This document shows, piece after piece, positions 1-7,831 of a DNA stretch of 14,202 nucleotides; position 1 is the stretch's first letter; each line of letters begins with the position of its first letter. A program made the translations under genes and the position numbers. The notes under the pieces were generated by a model, which saw only the letters and a program-made list of their open reading frames with translations, was not told where the DNA came from and did no database searches. The DNA is from Coprothermobacterota bacterium (GTDB lineage Bacteria; Coprothermobacterota; HKB111): positions 1-14,202 of the forward strand of contig JBBIUB010000021.1 of the NCBI GenBank assembly GCA_037440465.1. Direction: 5' to 3'.

Positions 1-33
1 AGGACAAAAGAATGGATTACGAACGGCGTATAA
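1..33 (+). CDS. 3' end of an upstream cassette gene (...RTKEWITNGV*), truncated by the window edge
   Basis: Frame 1 is open from base 1 and ends at TAA 31-33 inside the attC inverse core, a typical cassette arrangement; too short to identify. Confidence 0.4.
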   Translation, partial: RTKEWITNGV

Positions 34-116
34 CACAGCATAAAAGGTTCGTGCCTTATGGCACTCACCTAAATTTCTGCCTCGCAAAAAATTCTTTTAT
101 ACTGGGAACGTTAGGC
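28..116 (+). other. attC site 1 (89 bp)
   Basis: R'' GTATAAC 28-34; CAGCATAAAAG 36-46 pairs with CTTTTATACTG 94-104; R' GTTAGGC 110-116. Confidence 0.85.
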
Positions 117-144
117 GAAATGCCGAAAGAGAGGAGGCAAAGAG

Positions 145-585
145 ATGAGTTTGTCTGATGAGCAGAAAATTGTGTTCATAATGAAAAAGAATTCTCTCCA
201 CGCATTTCTCGCTACTTGCGATGGGGATCAACCGAAGGTTCGTCCAGTATCTCCGATCGTCGAAGATAATATGTCTATCTGGATAACAACTTATAGTACT
301 TCCAGAAAGGTAAAACAAATACGACAGAATCCAAAGATTTGCCTTGCTTTTGTGGAGCAACCTCGTGGAGATAAAGCTGCCATTGTCATCGGTGAGGCAG
401 AAATAATCCCAAACTTAAAGGAGAAAGAGAGGGTGTGGGGGCTGGCTACTTTTGACCTATCAGAACATTTCCCGAATGGTCCAGCTTCTGATGAGTTTTG
501 CCTGCTGAAAATCAACATCAAGAAGATCGAATGGAGAGACAATTGGACGAGTAAAGTGAATATCTATGAGCCAGACAAAGAATGA
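145..585 (+). CDS. Pyridoxamine 5'-phosphate oxidase-family / general stress protein 26-like FMN-binding split-barrel protein (cassette gene)
   Basis: Motifs FLATCDGDQPKVRPV and SRKVKQIRQNPKICL; RBS GAGGAGG upstream. Confidence 0.85.
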   Translation: MSLSDEQKIVFIMKKNSLHAFLATCDGDQPKVRPVSPIVEDNMSIWITTYSTSRKVKQIRQNPKICLAFVEQPRGDKAAIVIGEAEIIPNLKEKERVWGLATFDLSEHFPNGPASDEFCLLKINIKKIEWRDNWTSKVNIYEPDKE

Positions 586-623
586 GCAGGGGGACGAACA
601 ATGAAAGCAGAATACTGCACTTC

Positions 624-722
624 GGCTAACAGGCAGGTATCTGGCTCGGCTCGCTGTGCGTTCGCCTCGACCCAAATCCTCGCCTACCGTCTCGGACTTC
701 AGATACACGCCAGCCGTTATAT
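624..722 (+). other. attC site 2 (99 bp)
   Basis: R'' GGCTAAC 624-630; GTATCTG 637-643 pairs with CAGATAC 700-706; R' GTTATAT 716-722. Confidence 0.85.
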
Positions 723-755
723 GCAATTGTTTCATGGGGCAATGGAGGATAGTAG

Positions 756-1589
756 ATGAAAAACCCCGAACAAATTTTCAACCCTGAATTTCAAAGACTA
801 TTAAAGTTTAACTTCGTTCAAATAGTGCCAGACTATTACGGAAGAAATGCTGAATTTTATGACTCTATCCAGGGAGAATTTCAAAAAGATGTTAACTTCT
901 ATTTGAGGATAATTGGTAAAGGTTCTCTTAAGATTTTAGAGCTGGGAAGCGGTACTGGTAGGATTGCTATACCTCTTGCAAAAGCGGGTCATACTATTTA
1001 TGCTCTCGACAATTCAGACGATATGCATAATATTTTGATGGCAAAGGTCCCTACAGAACTAAAAAACCGTATTATCCCCACAAAGGCTTCAATGACCGAT
1101 TTCAATATTGACGTTCGTTTTGATTACGTTATTCTTGGATTGAACACCATCTTTGCTCTTGACGAGGAAGATGATAGAATTAACTGTTTTAAACTTGTTA
1201 GAAAGCATCTGAAGGAAGAGGGTCGTTTTCTCATAGATTTTATGCTTCCATCTGCTGAAGATTTGAAAAACACCAAAGGGAAATATGAACTTTCAGTGTT
1301 GGAAGGAGAGGAAGGTAAAAAGTGTCTCTCCGTAGTTTTTAATAGATACGACGCCAAACGGCAGATTATGATTCTTAATTTTCTTTCCATTGATATAGAA
1401 AAAGATGATAAAGCCAAATTCTTCATTACTCCAGCGGTTGAATATTACCCATCATCCGAAGAAATGAAACTTTTGCTTCGTAATTGTGGTTTTGAGATTG
1501 AGTCATTCTGGTGTGATTACGAAGGAACACCCTTTGAAGACGATGCCACAAAAAGAGATTTAGTAATATGTGCTCGGATTGCAAAATGA
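756..1589 (+). CDS. Class I SAM-dependent methyltransferase (cassette gene)
   Basis: Motif I ILELGSGTGRIA, YALDNS, FDYVIL, and HLKEEGRFLID; RBS GGAGG upstream. Confidence 0.9.
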   Translation: MKNPEQIFNPEFQRLLKFNFVQIVPDYYGRNAEFYDSIQGEFQKDVNFYLRIIGKGSLKILELGSGTGRIAIPLAKAGHTIYALDNSDDMHNILMAKVPTELKNRIIPTKASMTDFNIDVRFDYVILGLNTIFALDEEDDRINCFKLVRKHLKEEGRFLIDFMLPSAEDLKNTKGKYELSVLEGEEGKKCLSVVFNRYDAKRQIMILNFLSIDIEKDDKAKFFITPAVEYYPSSEEMKLLLRNCGFEIESFWCDYEGTPFEDDATKRDLVICARIAK

Positions 1590-1598
1590 AACAACTGC

Positions 1599-1707
1599 GT
1601 ATAACAGCGGATAAAAGGCTTCGCTACGCTTCGCCCAAATTGCCTTCCTGTCTGCGTGCGGACACGCACAGGCAGGCGGCAACTTCTTCTATCCGCAATA
1701 CTTAATA
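1599..1707 (+). other. attC site 3, terminal and degenerate (R' reads CTTAATA instead of GTT...)
   Basis: R'' GTATAAC 1599-1605; GCGGATAAAAG 1607-1617 pairs with CTTCTATCCGC 1686-1696; left arm similar to attC1 (TATAAC-N5-ATAAAAGG). Confidence 0.75.
1647..1676. repeat. 30-bp GC-rich REP-like palindrome inserted in attC3
   Basis: CCTGTCTGCGTG-CGGA-CACGCACAGGCAGG folds on itself; removing it restores the hairpin TTGCC-TTC-GGCAA. Confidence 0.6.
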
Positions 1708-1723
1708 CGCAGGATTTTTGCGA

Positions 1724-1901
1724 TTAAAAAATGCGGCACAAAAATTTTTGTAAAATTACAAAGCAATTTTGTTTCAATCGGCGTCTGGATTTTGCTCAAA
1801 AAAAGTTTTGACATCATCAAGCAGACACCACCATATTGAATTAGCCGCCTCGCTCGGGGCGGAGTTTACCCCGCATACAGCTTGCTGTTGTGTGGGGCCT
1901 A
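1724..1901 (-). repeat. Left copy of tRNA/tmRNA-3'-adjacent module (inverted repeat of 13642-13920)
   Basis: Reverse complement of ~1784-1899 aligns with 13667-13782 with about 12 mismatches by manual count; 1724-1757 matches 13889-13920. Confidence 0.9.
1774..1863 (-). pseudogene. C-terminal coding remnant (SAPSEAANSIWWCLLDDVKTFFEQNPDAD*), probably the tail of a site-specific recombinase
   Basis: Differences from the right copy are mostly synonymous in this frame; the recombinase assignment rests on recalled resemblance and tRNA adjacency only. Confidence 0.45.
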
Positions 1902-2257
1902 TGGTGGAGGCGGCGGGAATCGAACCCGCGTCCGAAGATGGTCGTAAAAAGGTCAAGCTACAGGTTTATTCCCTGATTTTCCTCTTCCTGAAAACCCCAG
2001 GGACAGGGCCTCCAGGCGATATCCTGATTTTTCTCGGCTTAAACTGTATCAGGAAGACAGCTTAAACCTTGCTTGCTGTTAGACACACCCTATCGGAACC
2101 CCGCCAGCCCGAGTTCAGAAGAGCGTCCTTCTTAATGAAGGAGTTTTGCTTTTTTAAGCGGCGTTTATTTTTTTGCCACCTTTTATCGAGAGGCGCGGTG
2201 GCGACCTCGACCTGCTACCTTTTCACTACACAACCCCGTCGAACCCATATCGCCCCC
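1902..2257 (-). ncRNA. ssrA: tmRNA (transfer-messenger RNA), 356 nt
   Basis: 5' GGGGGCGATATGGGTTCGACGGGG; 3' GGACGCGGGTTCGATTCCCGCCGCCTCCACCA; G3:U70 alanyl acceptor stem; pk1 stems TCGAG/CTCGA and GCCACC/GGTGGC. Confidence 0.96.
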
Positions 2258-2477
2258 TATAACATGTATAGTTTACCACAAAAAGCAAATTTAATCTATT
2301 ATTTCTGGTATCTTACTCTATTTCCAAACCTTAATTTAAATACTTTTTTAGAATCAATTCATTTCTAAAAAACTACCAGTGAATTTTCCAGGAACCAATT
2401 TGAAATCTACATCGTCTAAATGTTAAAAATGTAAGACAATCTATTAAAAACTAAAAAAAATTAAAGGAAGAAGTAAA

Positions 2478-2957
2478 ATGAATAAAAAGATTATCTTTAT
2501 CCTATTAGGATTAGGTTTAGTTGTTATCGGAGGAACTATACTGGCTATTGGAGGAAATTTATTCCCCTTGCCAGTTTCAAGGAGCGAAGGCGTGAATATT
2601 GAGACGATAGAAAAGGGAATATATTGTGGAATTACTGAAAAAAGGAATTATGTCATAAAAAATGAAGATGAATGGAAAAATTTATGGGTAAATATCCATT
2701 CAGGAGTATTAATTGAGCCTCCTCCACAAACCCAAATTGATTTCAGTAATTACTCAGTTATTGCTGTCTTTATGGGAGAGAAAAACACAGGTGGATATAG
2801 CATCGAAATTGATAAGATTTATCACGAGGGAGATAAAATAGTTGTATATATCAATGAATCCACTCCTGCTCCAGATATGATGGTAACCCAGGCATTAACT
2901 CAACCTTACCATATAGTCAAGGTTGAAAGGATTGATAAAGAAGTTATCTTCAAGTAA
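2478..2957 (+). CDS. Exported/membrane-anchored PrcB C-terminal domain protein
   Basis: N-terminal hydrophobic signal; motifs IDFSNYSVIAVFMGEKNTGGYSIEI and TQALTQPYHIVKV. Confidence 0.82.
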   Translation: MNKKIIFILLGLGLVVIGGTILAIGGNLFPLPVSRSEGVNIETIEKGIYCGITEKRNYVIKNEDEWKNLWVNIHSGVLIEPPPQTQIDFSNYSVIAVFMGEKNTGGYSIEIDKIYHEGDKIVVYINESTPAPDMMVTQALTQPYHIVKVERIDKEVIFK

Positions 2958-3017
2958 TTTAAAATATAATTAACAATACGGAAAATGTGACAGTTCTAAT
3001 ATTTCTTCTTGAACCCC

Positions 3018-3054
3018 TTGACATGGTTATTTAATGTGCTATTATAATAGTATA
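3018..3054 (+). promoter_or_regulatory. Sigma70-type promoter with overlapping palindromic operator (candidate GntR/YtrA site)
   Basis: TTGACA 3018-3023, TGn-TATTAT 3037-3045; imperfect palindrome TGTGCTATTA|TAATAGTATA 3035-3054 upstream of an operon encoding a YtrA-like regulator. Confidence 0.6.
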
Positions 3055-3080
3055 TTAATAAAACACAAGGAGGAATACAA

Positions 3081-3383
3081 ATGCTTCTTACAACATGTAA
3101 TTTAAATGTAGATTATGAGATTTTTGGACTTGTTAAAGGCTCATCTATGCGAGCAGTTCACTTGGGCAAGGATATTTTAGCTGCTTTCAGGAAGCTTTTT
3201 GGTGGAACTGTTACTGAATACGCCGCTCTAATTGAAGAAGCCCGAGAAGAAGCAACTAGAAAAATGGTAACAGCTGCAGAAAAGCTCGGAGCTAACGCCA
3301 TCATAGAAGTACGTTTTGCTACTTCTACCATTACAACTGGTGCAGCTGAAATCATAGCCTATGGTACTGCTGTAAAGATTTAA
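3081..3383 (+). CDS. YbjQ (UPF0145) family putative heavy-metal-binding protein
   Basis: Motifs GLVKG, GKDILA, GG..EY, AREEA and LGANAIIEVRF...AYGTAVK; RBS AAGGAGG. Confidence 0.92.
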   Translation: MLLTTCNLNVDYEIFGLVKGSSMRAVHLGKDILAAFRKLFGGTVTEYAALIEEAREEATRKMVTAAEKLGANAIIEVRFATSTITTGAAEIIAYGTAVKI

Positions 3384-3419
3384 ACATATGTTGTTATATG
3401 AATTAACCAAACAATTCTT

Positions 3420-3818
3420 ATGTCTACCAAACTATTTTCAGTAAATCCATACAGCGCTGAGCCGGTATATGAACAGCTCAAAAACCAAATAAGAAAGAGT
3501 ATCCTCTGGGGTACTCTAAAAGAAAGAGACCGACTACCCACTATTAAAGAACTCGCTTCAGCCCTTTCCATCAATCCTAATACAATTGCCAGGGTTTTCC
3601 GCGAACTAATTATGGAAGGTCATCTAAAAAGTGAGCCAGGTATAGGAACCTTTGTAGCAAATATACCTGAAGAAAAATTAAACGAAGAAAAAGTAGAACA
3701 TCTTCAAAAAATGTTAAAGAATTATCTTTTAGAGGGTAGAATTATGGGTTTGAGCCAAAATGAGATAAGAGAAATCTGGGAAACTGTCTTCTTGAGTATT
3801 AAAGAGGAGGAAAGATAG
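3420..3818 (+). CDS. GntR family transcriptional regulator (YtrA subfamily)
   Basis: PVYEQL..QI, LPTIKELA, INPNTIARVF, G.GTFV; short C-terminus; precedes ABC genes. Confidence 0.93.
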   Translation: MSTKLFSVNPYSAEPVYEQLKNQIRKSILWGTLKERDRLPTIKELASALSINPNTIARVFRELIMEGHLKSEPGIGTFVANIPEEKLNEEKVEHLQKMLKNYLLEGRIMGLSQNEIREIWETVFLSIKEEER

Positions 3819-3820
3819 GA

Positions 3821-4708
3821 ATGAATACGTCTGTAATAGAATTAAAATCTATTTTTAAAAGCTATGGCTCATTTTTAGCTCTTCAAAACTTGAATCTAAA
3901 GGTTGATGAAGGCTCTATCTTCGGCTTTCTTGGTCCTAATGGTGCTGGGAAAACCACGACTATAAAAATAATCTTGGGATTAAGAAAAGCCACTGAAGGA
4001 GAAGTATTTCTATGGGGAGAAAAAAATACCAGAAGAGGAATGAAGCTTTTAAAACGAATTGGATATGTGCCCGAGAATGGATCCCTATATGAAAACTTCA
4101 CTCCCAACCAGATTGTTAAATTTGTAAAACCCTACTATCCCTCCTGGGATGTAGAATTGGAAAAGGGTTATTTTGAGAGATTTGAGCTTCCGAAAAACAA
4201 AAAGATAGGAGAGTTTTCTCTCGGCATGAAAAGGAAGCTCCTGCTTTTATTGGCTCTAAGCTTCAAACCTGACCTGTTAATCATGGACGAACCTACCCTT
4301 GGTCTGGACCCCCTTACTCGCTACAAGTTTCTTCAGCTCCTGACAGGAGAAGTTGCGCAAGGTGGACTAACAGTTTTTCTATCTTCCCATACCCTGGGAG
4401 AAGTAGAGCGCATCTGCGACACAGTAGCCTTTATAAAAAAAGGTAAATTATTAGAAGTCAAACTGATGGAAGATTTAAAGAAAGAAAGCCAGAGGATTAA
4501 GGTGGTTTTTCAAAAAGATGTTCCTCAAAGTGCTCTGCAGATACCAGGTGTAGAGGTTCTGGAGGGTAGTGGGAAACATTACCTTTTAGCTATTAAAGGA
4601 AATATTTCACATGCTCTTGAGGAAATAAGTAAATTCCCCATCTTCGTTATTGAAGAACAGGAAATCAGTTTGGAAGATATTTTCGTCAAGAAAATGGAGG
4701 AATCCTAA
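3821..4708 (+). CDS. ABC-2 type transporter ATP-binding protein
   Basis: Walker A GPNGAGKTT, signature FSLGMK, Walker B LLIMDEPT, H-loop SSH. Confidence 0.95.
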   Translation: MNTSVIELKSIFKSYGSFLALQNLNLKVDEGSIFGFLGPNGAGKTTTIKIILGLRKATEGEVFLWGEKNTRRGMKLLKRIGYVPENGSLYENFTPNQIVKFVKPYYPSWDVELEKGYFERFELPKNKKIGEFSLGMKRKLLLLLALSFKPDLLIMDEPTLGLDPLTRYKFLQLLTGEVAQGGLTVFLSSHTLGEVERICDTVAFIKKGKLLEVKLMEDLKKESQRIKVVFQKDVPQSALQIPGVEVLEGSGKHYLLAIKGNISHALEEISKFPIFVIEEQEISLEDIFVKKMEES

Positions 4709-4709
4709 G

Positions 4710-5486
4710 ATGGGAATCTATTATAAAGAATGGTTGGAAAGTAAATGGAGACTCATAGCAGGTATTCTGGTTTTCTGTGGATTATCTCTTATGAATGTTA
4801 TCCTTTATCCCTGGCTAAAGACAATGATGACCCCTGAGATGCAGGCTTTATTAGAAGCTTTAATGAAAAATTTCCCCATATCTATTCCTGAGGGAGCTTT
4901 TTCAGTATTAGATTGGAATACATACCTTTTTAGCTCCTGGATTAGTAAAACCCTTTACCAGAGTATGACTGTGTTCATCTTAATCATAGCTACACCATTA
5001 TTGGCAAGCGAAGAGTCGCGTGGTACATTGGAATTCTTATTAGCTAAACCTGTGAGCACTCTTCAAATCATTTCAGCAAAATACTTAGTTAATATATTAG
5101 AGATGATTCTGGTAGTGCTGGCATCAACATTTATCCTTTATCCTGCTTCCTTAATAGCAAAAGAGAGCTTCAACCTTACAATCTTTATAAAAGGGGTTAT
5201 TCAAGCATTCCCCGGGTATATTCTTCTTTTCTCACTGGCTTTTCTCATTTCAGCACTGTTTAAGGATTCTATAAAAGCTTTAGCCTTTTCAGCTGTCGCT
5301 TTCTTTATCCTTTCTATTCCATCATTTATACCTGATTTTAGGCACTTGAGTATATATAGATTTATGCAGGGTATAAACATATTAAAAGGAGAAGGGATAA
5401 TTTTCAGTGAAATGTTAATAATTCTCGCTATTTCAGCAGTTCTCTTTGCTACGAGCTACTACATTTTCAGTAAAAAAGAGGTATAA
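4710..5486 (+). CDS. ABC-2 type transporter permease
   Basis: About 6 hydrophobic segments, motif LASEESRGTLEFLLAKP; start moved to ATG 4710 behind GGAGG at 4696-4700. Confidence 0.9.
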   Translation: MGIYYKEWLESKWRLIAGILVFCGLSLMNVILYPWLKTMMTPEMQALLEALMKNFPISIPEGAFSVLDWNTYLFSSWISKTLYQSMTVFILIIATPLLASEESRGTLEFLLAKPVSTLQIISAKYLVNILEMILVVLASTFILYPASLIAKESFNLTIFIKGVIQAFPGYILLFSLAFLISALFKDSIKALAFSAVAFFILSIPSFIPDFRHLSIYRFMQGINILKGEGIIFSEMLIILAISAVLFATSYYIFSKKEV

Positions 5487-5543
5487 CAAAAGCTTTATTA
5501 CGCTGAACTTGCTGAATGTGAGTCAGTAACCTCTTTTTCAAAC

Positions 5544-5634
5544 TGGCGGAGGGGGAGGGATTCGAACCCCCGGTGACCCGTAAGGCCACGGCGATTTTCA
5601 AGACCGCCACCATAAACCACTCGGACACCCCTCC
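5544..5634 (-). tRNA. tRNA-Ser (anticodon TGA)
   Basis: GGAGGGG acceptor stem, anticodon arm GCGGT-CTTGAAA-ATCGC, long variable arm, GGTTCGAATCC, encoded CCA. Confidence 0.97.
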
Positions 5635-5695
5635 GATATAAATAAAAGACACCCCCCTTTATCCTCTCTTGATAGAGGAGAGACATCCCTATTTA

Positions 5696-5968
5696 CTAAC
5701 GCTGCTCTATCATTGAAGGGTCCCAAGCATCGGTAAGAAGTGAAACCTGAGCTTCTTTTATTCCTTCAACCTCCAGAGTTTTTTTACGAACCATCTCAAC
5801 CAGGTATCCAGCAAGTGGGCACCCGGAAAATGTTAATATCATCCCAATTGCTGCTTTACCATCCTCAACCTGTATGCTTCGTATAAGACCCAATGTTACT
5901 ACATCTATACCAATTTCAGGGTCTATAACTTCTCTTAGTCTTTCTTTAATGTTATTCTGTAAATCCAT
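5696..5968 (-). CDS. Metal-sulfur cluster assembly factor (DUF59 / SufT-like)
   Basis: Motifs VIDPEIGIDVVTLGLI, LTFSGCPL, WDPSM; RBS AGGAGG. Confidence 0.9.
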   Translation of the reverse strand: MDLQNNIKERLREVIDPEIGIDVVTLGLIRSIQVEDGKAAIGMILTFSGCPLAGYLVEMVRKKTLEVEGIKEAQVSLLTDAWDPSMIEQR

Positions 5969-6009
5969 TTATAATCCTCCTTATATTATATGATATTATA
6001 AACTATAAA

Positions 6010-6099
6010 GCCGAGGTGGCGGAACAGGCAGACGCAGTAGACTCAAAATCTACCGGGGTTCGAAGCCCCGTGGGGGTTCAACTCCCCCCCTCGGCACCA
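6010..6099 (+). tRNA. tRNA-Leu (anticodon CAA)
   Basis: GCCGAGG/CCTCGGC acceptor stem, anticodon arm GTAGA-CTCAAAA-TCTAC, long variable arm, encoded CCA. Confidence 0.97.
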
Positions 6100-6177
6100 G
6101 ATAGTCATTAACAAATTCCTCAAAATTTCTCTAAAAAGAGTATAACGGAAAAAGGTTTCTTTATAATGCTATTTACT

Positions 6178-7797
6178 TTAGATGTTGCCTTTGCTTTCCT
6201 TATTTTTATATAGGAATTCATCAATTCTTACAAAAATTAAATTATATAAAGTATCTACAAAATCCCCTTTAAAAGCTCCTCCCTTTATTACAGCTTCAAG
6301 ATCATCTGGGAAAGAGAGAAAGCCATAAGAAAAATCTATTTTCAACTTTTCAACGAAATCTGCAAATATCTGGCGAAAAGCTCTCTCAATCCTTTCGATA
6401 ACCACGCCCACAGAAGAAGAGGTAGAGTTTACAAGAAGAATAATAAACTCGTCACCACCATATCTAAATATGAGGTCTGATTTTCTGGTACTCTCCCTCA
6501 AAATGGAGGAAAAATCCACCAAAAAGCGGTCTCCTTCCAAATGTCCATAGTTGTCATTAACTCTTTTAAAGTGGTCAAGGTCAATAATTAGGACCTGAAA
6601 CTTTCCTTCATACCTCAAACTTCGGGATATCTCCTGTTTGAAAACTCTTTCAAGTTCTCTACGGTTATACAATCCTGTGAGATAATCCCTTATTGATGCT
6701 TCATCGGCTAACTGTCTTAGATACCCTTCTTTTTCTAAAAGAAGGTTTTTTTCAATCACTTCTGTTGCAATTCTGCTCAAACTCTCAACAACCTGCATAT
6801 CTTCTGGGCTAAACTTGTTAGCCTTACCAGAGTCAATATTTAACACCGCAATAACTTCACCTTTTAAAATTAAAGGACAACCTATATAAGATTTAGCATG
6901 GCCTGCTTTAGCCCAATAGGAGATATCTCTTGTATTGGGAATATCCAGGATTTTCCCGGAACTCCTTATCATTTCCAGATTTCTGGGTGGATTATTTTTA
7001 AATTCCTCACCAACCTTCTCAATGACCTTATCATCAATATTCTCCCAGGCTATAAACCTCCATTCATTATCTTTAAACTCAATAAGTGAGGCACTATCAG
7101 CCTCAGTAACTTCTATAGCAGTGTGAAGAAGCCTTTGTAGAATTTCTTTTCTGTTTCCTATAGCTTGCGTTAAATAAAAGGTTCCATCTTGTAGCGCTTT
7201 ACTCCTTCGTGTTTCCAGATTAATATTCTTAACAAACCTTTCAGATAAATAAGAAAAGGTAAAAAGAATAATGAAAATAACAAACACCCTAATGAAAATA
7301 ATATTCTCTCCACCCCTGGGTGGCCAGATAAACTGACCTTCAAATTGGTAAAAGGGCAAAAATCCTCGGATATCCAATAATAATAGGCAGCTATAGAAAA
7401 TAAAGTAAGTAAATGCCAGTAAATAAGAATAGTTTTTAAGCCTGAAAAAGGTAAAGAAAAAGATTATAAAAAGATATAAGGAAAAGGCAAAGCTTTGAGG
7501 ACCTCCAGAAAAGTATATAAAACCTGTGGCAATAATACCATCAATAAAAGCAATAGTTAAAGCGATGGATAAGTAGTTTAAGGGTTTATATTTAGAAAAA
7601 AAATAATTAAAAAGAAGGTTATAAAACGTAAAAAGTAGGGTTAGAATAAGAATGGGGTAGGGAGCTAAGAATTTATCTGTTAAATATATATTTATCCCAA
7701 CAAGAGCAATTCCTAAGAATGAAAAAATCAGCTTAACAATAAAGATATTCTCCCAGGTTAATAAAAATTCATCTTTATAGTTTTCCTTCTGCTTCAC
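6178..7797 (-). CDS. Membrane-bound sensor diguanylate cyclase (TM region + GAF + GGDEF)
   Basis: DYLTGLYNRR, DLDHFKRVNDNYGH..GD, RKSD I-site, RYGGDEF; GAF motif SYIGCPL...AVLNIDS. The ORF extends to 7854, but GTG 7797 follows a purine-rich RBS-like stretch and avoids overlap. Confidence 0.92.
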   Translation of the reverse strand: MKQKENYKDEFLLTWENIFIVKLIFSFLGIALVGINIYLTDKFLAPYPILILTLLFTFYNLLFNYFFSKYKPLNYLSIALTIAFIDGIIATGFIYFSGGPQSFAFSLYLFIIFFFTFFRLKNYSYLLAFTYFIFYSCLLLLDIRGFLPFYQFEGQFIWPPRGGENIIFIRVFVIFIILFTFSYLSERFVKNINLETRRSKALQDGTFYLTQAIGNRKEILQRLLHTAIEVTEADSASLIEFKDNEWRFIAWENIDDKVIEKVGEEFKNNPPRNLEMIRSSGKILDIPNTRDISYWAKAGHAKSYIGCPLILKGEVIAVLNIDSGKANKFSPEDMQVVESLSRIATEVIEKNLLLEKEGYLRQLADEASIRDYLTGLYNRRELERVFKQEISRSLRYEGKFQVLIIDLDHFKRVNDNYGHLEGDRFLVDFSSILRESTRKSDLIFRYGGDEFIILLVNSTSSSVGVVIERIERAFRQIFADFVEKLKIDFSYGFLSFPDDLEAVIKGGAFKGDFVDTLYNLIFVRIDEFLYKNKESKGNI

Positions 7798-7831
7798 CTT
7801 TAAATACCCCCATCCTGTCTCATCTTCTGCG

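Larger units (their letters stand above)
1..1707 (+). mobile_element. Distal end of an integron gene-cassette array (3 attC sites, 2 complete cassettes, 1 partial); no integrase for this array inside the window
   Basis: Co-oriented single ORFs each followed by an imperfect palindrome starting with ..TAAC and ending with GTT..; the core at the start of each cassette is complementary to the inverse core at its end (GTTAGGCGAA 110-119 vs TTCGGCTAAC 621-630; GTTATATGCAATTG 716-729 vs CAACTGCGTATAAC 1592-1605). Confidence 0.88.

Noticed and set aside
97..1426. Minus-strand ORFs overlapping the two cassette genes
   Set aside because: Antisense shadows of well-supported plus-strand genes.
28..1707. 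attC palindromes read as CRISPR repeats or rho-independent terminators
   Set aside because: They are non-identical, separated by whole genes, lack U-tracts, and carry attC-type R and L boxes.
1769..2368. Plus-strand ORFs 1769-2065 and 2069-2368, and minus ORF 1774-1956 as a full gene
   Set aside because: They overlap tmRNA and the repeat module; only the last ~30 codons of the minus ORF show coding-type divergence.
5652..5682. Small hairpin TCCTCT-CTTGAT-AGAGGA after a C-run, with a loosely similar stretch near 8913-8931
   Set aside because: Possibly a degenerate REP-like repeat, but too short and divergent to support from this window.
5467..5686. Two short minus-strand ORFs
   Set aside because: They run through tRNA-Ser.
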